Origin: Klebsormidium nitens
Lineage: Eukaryota > Plantae > Klebsormidiophyceae
DNA: 64,000 nucleotides
Direction: 5' to 3'
NCBI GenBank assembly: GCA_000708835.1
Contig: DF237162.1
Location: 63,700 to 127,699 of the forward strand
The position numbers and the translations under genes are program-made. Positions 56,201 through 64,000 of this stretch are shown piece by piece; the first letter of the stretch is position 1, and each line of letters starts with the position of its first letter. The notes beneath the pieces were generated by a model. It was given only the letters and a program-made list of their open reading frames with translations, had not been told where the DNA came from and made no database searches.

Positions 56201-56521
56201 ATCCAAGATTCAGGCACCCGAAGACTGCATGGTTGCGAAAAAGCGCGGTACACACGGTTCACTTATATAATTACGCTGACCCACAGTCGTTTCAACCTCT
56301 TACAGCTCAAAGGACTCGGACTCGGCTGGGTGCGTATTTTGATTGATGGAGAGGAGTTCGACACTCAGTTCCGAGCGCGCATCATATGCGATGAATTGAT
56401 TCGTTTCCGTCAGTGTCTCCAAGACAATGTGTTTCCGTTCCTGCAGTGTCAAAAGGGTCATTGGAAGGAGCATAAGCTTGTGTGCGCACCTCGGCACTTC
56501 GCTTCCCAAACCTGCTCATAG
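53271..56521 (+). CDS. MYND zinc-finger protein with long helical N-terminal region (exons 53271-54073, 54577-54708, 55076-~55219, ~55746-56051, 56447-56521; one middle junction unresolved)
   Basis: CANCSRV...FQKCSRCKAAYYCGRE|CQKGHWKEHKLVC is a complete MYND pattern. The first exon is an 800-nt open frame with a helical, ARM-like composition. Confidence 0.8.
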
Positions 56522-57787
56522 GAAAGTCAATAGTTCAGTTGATCAAAAGACCGATCACTGCTAGGGTGGCAAGGCTGTTCTGCATAAGCTCGGACCTGAG
56601 AATCGTTGTAAAGTAATGAAACGCGTTAGACATGTACATAAATTGAATCGTTGGTAGATATGTACATGGTAGCTACTTTGATACCCAAGAATGTCGGAGC
56701 ACACGTACGGGTCATTTCGAGGACATTGCATGGAGCACATCGCACGAAGTCAACCAAGAGGAAAATGTTTGTGTAGCAGACAGACCGGAGTAGTAATCAA
56801 AGTCTGATCGATTATAGTCCGGCACATTTAAGATGCCATGCTTCGTCCCGGGAACTGCGTCTTGTCTGCAAAGGGAGGGTCAGCTCATCTCGTCGAGTGA
56901 GTATGTTTGCGAGTACTCTCCTGAGCTCTTTATGAAAAGATCATATGCACATGATGAGGTTCCAGAGCCTGCGTAAGCGGAGGCTACTGACGATTGCATG
57001 GTGCGCTTTGGAATGCACGGTATGAGATCTTACTAATCAATTCGTTGCATCACCCAAAAGTTGTACCAAAAGTCTCGCTACATGCCAGCATGATCCCAAA
57101 AACCATTGCGCGCTTGGGCATTTTTCTGTATCATACTTTTTCCCCCCTTTATTCTAGTACATGACATACATTGAATGCAGCTAATATTTAACATCGCTGC
57201 ACGTGCGGATCAGCCCATATGCTTGCAAGCATATACAGTGATCATGAGTAGTAGTAAGTTGAGTCCTGAGCACGTACTAAAAGTTACGTCTTCAGCATTT
57301 CTATGCACTGAAGCTATCATAGTTATGCGTGTATACATACAAAGCCACTGGCAGCTGCTAGAACACGCTTTGAAGGCTCCCGCCTCTAAGTACATGTGAC
57401 TTTGGCGGAAGGGGGATCCCCTTGGACATACACCGTCCTGGCCGCGCGCGTGGCCTGGCGCGTGGCCAACTAACCATCTGAATTCCGGCATAAAACCGGC
57501 CAATGTCGGGGCGCCACGTGTCCCCCCTTCCGTCTACCCGAAATTCCGCTACGGGTCTGTCCCGACCGGGTCAGTTCCCGAGTGGGTCAGTCCGCGCCAA
57601 ATTCGGGCCCATACGTTGCAGTACGTATGCTCGTATCCTCGGGACACGTGGACACATGCCGGATCCGACCGTCGCATTGCACCACGTGGAACCTATTTTT
57701 TGAAACACTGCAACTTTAAGCGTATACGTAGACGCATCTGAGGTCCCTGACTGTCCCGAAGCTGCGCGGGACAGTGGGCAGCGGGCC

Positions 57788-57793
57788 TATAAA
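57788..57793 (+). promoter_or_regulatory. TATA box (TATAAA) upstream of the primase-helicase locus, preceded by three CACGTG G-boxes (~57515, ~57645, ~57682)
   Basis: cctataaattc lies ~220 nt upstream of ATG 58011. The G-box hexamers are read directly; function is inferred. Confidence 0.4.
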
Positions 57794-58010
57794 TTCTAAA
57801 TCTTCGATCAATTTCCAACACGACAAGCACAACCAGCCCCCGACCAAGCCGCCTCCAGTGAAGCGCCGACCAGCCCAACCGTGCAATCAACAGCCTAATT
57901 CTAAAACAGCGACAGTATCCTCATAGGGCTCAAATTGTGAATAGAAGCCGGCCTCAACAAGTTCCCGGAAAGCGGCTAACGTTCACAAGCTTCAAGTTGC
58001 TAGCAAGACC

Positions 58011-59529
58011 ATGACGAGCACGGAACGGAACTCGGACGCGGAGGCATCGGAGGCAGTTGTAGACTGGAACATCGAGTCAGAGCCAGATAGCGCATCCGAA
58101 GCAAGAGATGGCGAGAGCTTAGAAAGGATAGAATATGAAGACAGGTCGGTCGATGTCACCAACTCTGCTGCCTCTCTTGAGGATTTTCTGGATGACGCTG
58201 ACTCGAGCGATTGTGGGCAGTCCACAATGTTCTATGCGGCGCTTGACAATGCGCGGCGGGTACAGGTCAGTACTGTAACCGAACGTTTGCAGCTTAGTTT
58301 GTCAAATTAGCAAGGTGCAGCTTGGCTTAGCATTGGAATCAGCCTTCATGTAGCAATCTGTTGTGCATTGTCATACATTCTGAGCGCGTGCAGCAGCAAA
58401 AACACTGATGTGAGCTAAGAATTGACTAGAAGAATGGGGCTTTTTTGGGATGCCATCTATTGTCTTGCTTTTGCAATCTGTGTCTTACCTAAATGCTGTA
58501 ACGCGCTCTTGCCAGCAGAAGTGACATCAAGACGAGTGCCTCAATGTAGATGCTGTTACCACGGGCAAAATGTAACAGCTAGACATAGACGGTCCAGGCT
58601 GGTTCAGCAGCTGTGCGATCAGAATTTTTCAACGATGCCCCCAGCATCGTAGCTGCCCATATCCTTACAAAAATTTGCTACTCCGCTTGTCGAATTTTGC
58701 AGACTGACTCGGCGGATTTGCTTAACGGCAAAAGGAACTTCCGCATCGCAAGAAAAAAGAGAAGCCGCAACAATGACGAGGGTGACGATGGCGCAGAGCT
58801 CGCAAAGAGAATATCAGAACAGAAAGATGATGGGACCTTACGGAAAGCTGCTGATAGCAATGCAGAGGTATGCTCACAAGCGACGAAGAACGAGTTGACT
58901 TCTTTGAGCGTCAGGCTCCGTAAAAGACGGAAGACGCGCCAGGTTATACTCTCCCACAGCTCGGACGATACAACTCTAGAAACCCTTCTTGAAATTTGAC
59001 ATGTGTTTGAGAAACATCATATGCGTTGCATTCCACTCGCTCTGGGGCTTGTCTGAGCTTGTCCAAGCTGTCCAAAGTCTAGCATAAAGTAATTTTCATT
59101 GCCTGCATGTTGACGTCATCACTTTTTGCATTGTAGCTGACTGCCTCGACCCAATCCAAGTGTGTCCGAGCTGTCCAAGCACTGTATAAAAAAAGCACTG
59201 TCGCTCAAATCCAAGCTGGATGTCAGCAGTCTTTTGTCGCTTCTAGCTAATTGCACAGTCTGTTGCTTGCGCAGCCTCCTCTGGTGCGTTGTTGCCGGGT
59301 AAAACTGTCAGCGCCGAGTCAGGAAGCGGAAGCTGGAGAGGAAGCAAACGAGTTGGGCTCCGAGGATGGGGGTCAACCTGCCGAGTCAAATGACCGGGAT
59401 GACGTTTGTACTGACGACGGTGACGACCCTACTTGGGATTTGGCCTGGGACGATGACTGTGATTGGGAGGAATTGCGCGCGTACTTCAGCGTCTGCCGCA
59501 TAGACCTCCATGTTGGGGGCAATTGCAGG
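58011..59529 (+). CDS. Acidic/basic low-complexity exons (58011-58265, 58703-58867, 59275-~59529), probably the N-terminal leader of the primase-helicase
   Basis: Phase-0 GT-AG junctions link three exons. Contains the acidic LEDFLDDADSS...FYAALDN segment and an NLS-like RIARKKRSR. The link to exon 60465 was not resolved. Confidence 0.5.
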
Positions 59530-61487
59530 GTTCCTGCGTCTCCGGTGTGCTCACTCTCAAATCTAAGCCCCTTCCATTCTGCTTCTTGACAGTGCTTTTG
59601 CCAAGTTGCCTTCATGAGTACAAACCCTCGATAAGTTTGTACCCATCATGTTTCATACTTGAAGCTTGAAGGAGGAACATTGTGTTGCACTGGACTCGGC
59701 CATTTTTTGATCTGGAACCACGTGTTATGGTACAAAGTAAGTGAAGGAAACAGAGAGAAGTTGGAATACGAGTGTCCTTGCCATTTGGCTCAACAATCTG
59801 TCCTGGCAATCCGATTCAAGTGTGTGTGACTGGGGTGGCACTCTGGCGCTAACTTTCAAATCGAATGTTCATTCAAATTTCACGGACAATAAAATTCTGC
59901 AGTTTTGATATTGTCCCAATTTTTGTGTTGGTTGAGAACTCGCCCGGGGCCCAGTGCTTTTTTTCCTGACCGGCTGCATTCGTGGTCGTTAGAGTCTGCC
60001 AGTTGGACGTCGTTTTCATTGTAGAGCCTGGATGCTTGCACTGCCAAGATTATCAGCAGTACGTTTTTAGAGCTTCAGGCTTCGGAACTCTTCGCTTGGT
60101 GGTTTCACAAGATTGTTCTGACGTCACTCGAAAGCAGTTCGAGTTCTTTGATAAAAGCTTGGACATTCGGACAACCAGCCATACGTAAGATAACGGTTCT
60201 GGGGGTTTGTCCAAATGTTTAGGGTGTGACGAAATATTTGCGTGGTTGTGGTTGCTAACATCATGTCAGACTGGAACCTTCTGCAGCTTGCGATCTGAAC
60301 AAGCTAGGGGAATCGAAGTGGGAGATCGATCAAGGTCTAGCGAGGAGTCTCTTCGTAGGCATCAAGACTGGGCGGCTCTTCTTTGTGTATGGTTTGTCCA
60401 ATTACCGCCCCAGCAGCCAATCTTGTAAGAATTGAGGTCCTTTCCTGAGGTCCTTTTCTTGCAGGTACCAAGCCCAGTGGGCGGGGCCCCGGCGCAGTCA
60501 AGGGCTGAGCCGACGCCGCCAATCGACCCCATCCTGGCTGCTGCTCATTACTTCCACGGCCTTGGCGTAGTAACCGTCACTCACGACCTTCAGGAAAAGC
60601 TGCAAAAGAACGGCAAAGTCTGCAAAGCCCCCTCTCACTGGGCGTCCCCCAAATCCTGGAAAGAGGCAAACCTCAGCAACTGCCTTTCCGAATTTGCCAA
60701 GCCGGGGCGCAACTCTATTGCCATCATTACAGAGGTGTCAGACATCTATGCTCTTGATGTGGATGTGAAGGACGTCGGCTTTAAAGCGCTCGAGCAGATA
60801 CTCAAAGAGCACGGGGGTTTCTTAGAAGACACGCCCCGCCTAACCACCGGGAATGGAGGGCTACATATACTCTTTTCTCTCTCTCAGTCCGAGCAGGCCG
60901 GCCTGCGCAACTGCTGCAATAGAGCCCGAATTTGCTACAAGGGTCAAGCAGTGGGCATCGATGTGCGCGGAAAAGGGGGGATGCTGTACACTGCACCCAG
61001 CAGCTATGCGGCTCTTGATGGCACGCTGCGGCGCTACGAGTGGGACCAGGAGATCTTGCCTGATCGCTCCAATCTTAGAGCGGTGCCAGAGTGGCTCGTC
61101 TCCATCCTGAACAACGACAGCGAGGCAACAAGCGGGGGTGTCAAGGTACCTCGGGAGGGGGGCAAAGCCAGGTACGTTATTTTGCCTAAGTGCTTCATAT
61201 GCCATTCGAGCTGTCCAAGCTGTCCGAATTGTCCAAGCTTTAGAACAAAGTTTTTGATTGCAATTTGATGATGTCATCAAGCCACTGTTGTAAGTGCTTC
61301 AATTGAGTGCACAGCTCGGCCCAGTCAGTTGGACGATCTGTCCAGTGTGAGAGACAACGTTTTAGAACTCAGGTTCGGTGTTCGCAAAGCAAAGTTGGCC
61401 ATGACACACCTGAGCTGTTCAACCCGTACGCTATAAATGTGACACGACGACACACTATTGAGATCCTTTGACGGAAAGCAGGGAAAC

Positions 61488-61768
61488 TTTGAAACGCTTG
61501 CATACCTCTGTGTCTCTCCCTCTCGTTATATGATTACTTGCTTCCACCGGGATGTCTGAGCTGTCTCATCCCACTTATCTTCACTCTCTTTGAATTTTGA
61601 CTGCACATGCTGTCTTACAAAGTTGATCTTTGAAACGCTCGCATACATGTGTGTCTCTCCCTCTCGTTATATGATTATTTGCTTCCACCGGGATGCCTGA
61701 GCTGTCTCATCTCACTTGTCGTCACTCTCTTTGAATTCTGACTGCACATGCTGTCTTACAAAGTTGAT
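61488..61768. repeat. Two-copy ~140-bp tandem duplication in a primase intron
   Basis: tttgaaacgct...tgtgtctctccctctcgttatatgatta...cttccaccgggatg...actgcacatgctgtcttacaaagttgatc occurs twice. Confidence 0.9.
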
Positions 61769-62357
61769 CGATTCTAAGGCTTGAGAGAATCATGTAACTG
61801 GGTTCCAATCAGCATTCACTCTTTCGAATTCTGCAGCGAGTCGCATGCTACATCATTTGGACCTCCTCGCGAGCTTGAAGAGTCTCAGCAGACCCCCCCA
61901 GCAGCAGTCTTGGAGCGCGTCAAAGCTTGCGTGGCGGCTACTGGTGACAACACCTCCCGCTTTGATCGCCTCAAGGTGGGCGTCTCCGGGCCAATGTACG
62001 TGTTCCGAGTGGACGGCCCTCGACGCTGCCCATACGGCAATCACCACGACGGCTTCAACAACTTTAGCGTGTTGGTACGCAAGAGGAACCTGCTCTATTG
62101 CTGCAATAGCTCGGAGTGCCAGGGTGTCCGTCCTTTACTAAAGATTGGAGAGCTCACGCGCCCAGAGGCCATGGCCGGCGGCGAGACCCAAGCTTTTCGT
62201 GCCGACCACGTCACTGCAATAAACGCCCTGCACAAGAGCTTCGTTGATCACTGGGCTTTTGAGGGCGATGTTGGCGGCAGCAAAATTGTTGCTGAGATGT
62301 ACGCAAGCTGCGGCAGGTGAGTATCATGCCAGTCTGTTATTGATAACAGTCTTGCCC

Positions 62358-62760
62358 AGGTTCGTTCAAGTGTCCAAGGTCTGGCGGAAGATTTTTGTGT
62401 GGTCGTGATTGCTGACGTCATCAGCGAAGGAGTCAGGAGTCTTCGATAAAAGCTCGAACAGATGGACAGCCGGCAGTATGCACTCGGTCTTGCCCGGGTT
62501 CGTCCGAGTGTCTAAGGTCTGACGGAAAGTTTTTGTGTGGTCGTGATTGCTGACGTCATCAGCGAAAGGAGTCAGAATTTTTTTGATAAATGTTTGGACA
62601 GATGGACAGCCGGTAGTATGCAACCAGTTTCAGGTCTTCGTCCAAGTGTCCGAGGTCTGGCGGAAGATTTTTGTGTGGTCGTGATTGCTGACGTCATCAG
62701 AGAAGGAGGCATGAGTCTTTCGTAAAAGCTCGGACACTTGGACATCCGACATCCATCTCT
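62358..62760. repeat. Three-copy ~138-bp tandem repeat forming most of a primase intron; relatives at ~60100-60270 and ~63720-64000
   Basis: Unit core tttttgtgtggtcgtgattgctgacgtcatcag...gataaaagc...ggacagccgg.agtatgca...gtccaagtgtccgaggtc is seen directly. Confidence 0.9.
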
Positions 62761-64000
62761 TTTTTGGTTCTTACCCTTGCAGGTTGTGCTTTGATGGTGA
62801 AAGGTGGCACTATTGGGACGGGCGGCGCTTTGCAGCGGATGAGAAAAGTGCATTCTTTGTGAAGACCGTTCTCATCAATCAGCTGAGGATCGTCTACAAG
62901 CGAGTAAGGGACGAGTTGAGTGCAATGATTGAGGCAACCCGGGAGGAGGAACAGCGGGAGGCGCTGAAACAGCAGCTGAAGCACCTGCGCACGTACAACA
63001 ATAGCCGAGAGATGGGCAGTACTCTGGAACTCGTCCGAGGGAGCTGTTTGCCCCCGATTTCTTCCAACAGTTGGATGCAAACCCAGATATTCTGAACGTG
63101 AGAAATGGCGTGCTCCTTTTGAAAACGGGCATGCTTGATGTGCACAGGCCCGAGTACATGTGCTCAAAGATTGCAGAGACGAACTTTATGGTAAGCCCCA
63201 CTTTCGACGATCAAGCCCTTGAGAAAGCATGCAACAAGGCTTCGGTAGCTACTCTTTGAAGTGCTGAGCAGGTTTGCTGCAATTATCTCCGTTGTCTTGT
63301 GGGTGCAGCAATTGACACTTCGTCTGCAGAATTGATTAGCATCTTGAATTGCCAATACTGCTTTGCCATGTTGCACGTTGTCTTTTAAATTGTCTCCTGT
63401 TGTTGGCTTGAAGTTTTTTCTTTGTTTGCTAATGCAACATGCAAGAAGCTGAAGTGTTCGGATCATAAGATGCAGCTTGTTTCTTCCTGCAGGGGATCGA
63501 ATACCCAACTCCGCTCGTTGATGCTTTTCTAGGCGACATCTTCAACCACGACTCTGAGCTGGTGGACTACGTTCGGAAGTTGTATGGCTATGCCCTGAAT
63601 GGTCATACGCGAGAAGAGGTCTTCGTGCTCTTGCTCGGAGCTGGAGCTGAGCACTTGATTGATTGAGGGCGCAGCAGTCCGTCAAGACGCAGAGCGCTAG
63701 TTGGAGCCAGTCGGAGGCCCACATAGTGACGTTGTCATCCGCAAGGGGTTCCAATATCTTTAGCAAAAGTTTGAACACTTGGACAGCCGCCAGTATGCGG
63801 TTGGTCTTGGGCTTGTTCGAGGTCTTCCGGAAATTTGTACGAGTGTAGTTGCTGACGTCGTTGGAAAGGAATCCCAATGTTTTTTGGTCAAAAGCCTGGG
63901 CACTTGGACAACTAGCGGTATGCGGTCGGTCTTGAAGGCTTGTCCAAGTGTCCGAGGTCTTTCGAAAGATTATTTGAGTGTAATTGCTGACGTCACTACG

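Larger units (their letters stand above)
60465..63666 (+). pseudogene. Prim-Pol (bifunctional primase/polymerase) + Zn ribbon + D5_N + start of SF3 helicase; exons 60465-61171, 61837-62316, 62783-63190, 63493-~63646; one frameshift at ~63040
   Basis: Prim-Pol motifs IYALDVDVK (DxD), TTGNGGLHILF and GIDVRGKGGMLYTAPSSY. Zn ligands RCPYGNHH...YCCNSSEC. D5_N-like WHYWDG, (ELFAPDFFQQ)LDANPDILNVRNGVLLLKTG...HRPEYMCSK, and FLGDIF...YVRKLYGYALNGHTREEVFVLLLGAG (Walker A start). Splice phases are consistent apart from the frameshift. Confidence 0.85.
57500..64000 (+). mobile_element. Probable endogenous virus-/plasmid-derived or self-replicating element carrying a primase-helicase gene; continues beyond the window, boundaries uncertain
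   Basis: Contains a Prim-Pol/D5 gene, a class typical of NCLDVs, Polinton-like viruses and P4-type elements. Its introns are made of element-specific repeats. No terminal repeat pair is visible inside the window. Confidence 0.55.

Overview
This is a eukaryotic nuclear window: intron-dense with GT-AG introns, three N-gaps, and plant-type plastid-targeted genes. It most resembles a streptophyte alga such as Klebsormidium (inference from gene content and style, not verified). Hand-spliced genes in order: cysteine-synthase-like PLP enzyme (-), a large plastid protein probably ending in a PAP/fibrillin domain (+), beta-amylase (+), PsaN-like thylakoid protein (-), clavaminate-synthase/AsnO-like Fe-2OG dioxygenase (-), plastid ACP (+), a small MITE, glyoxalase I (-), proteasome alpha-2 (+), CDC20 (-) and a MYND-finger protein (+). 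At the right end is a virus/plasmid-type Prim-Pol + Zn-ribbon + D5/SF3 primase-helicase gene that has acquired spliceosomal introns built from a shared ~140-bp repeat. It carries a frameshift and runs off the window. Two things stand out: this intronised primase-helicase element, and a window-wide pattern in which host introns contain tandem, decaying copies of the neighbouring splice site plus exon edge (5-6 independent genes). All exon coordinates were read by eye and may be off by a few bases.
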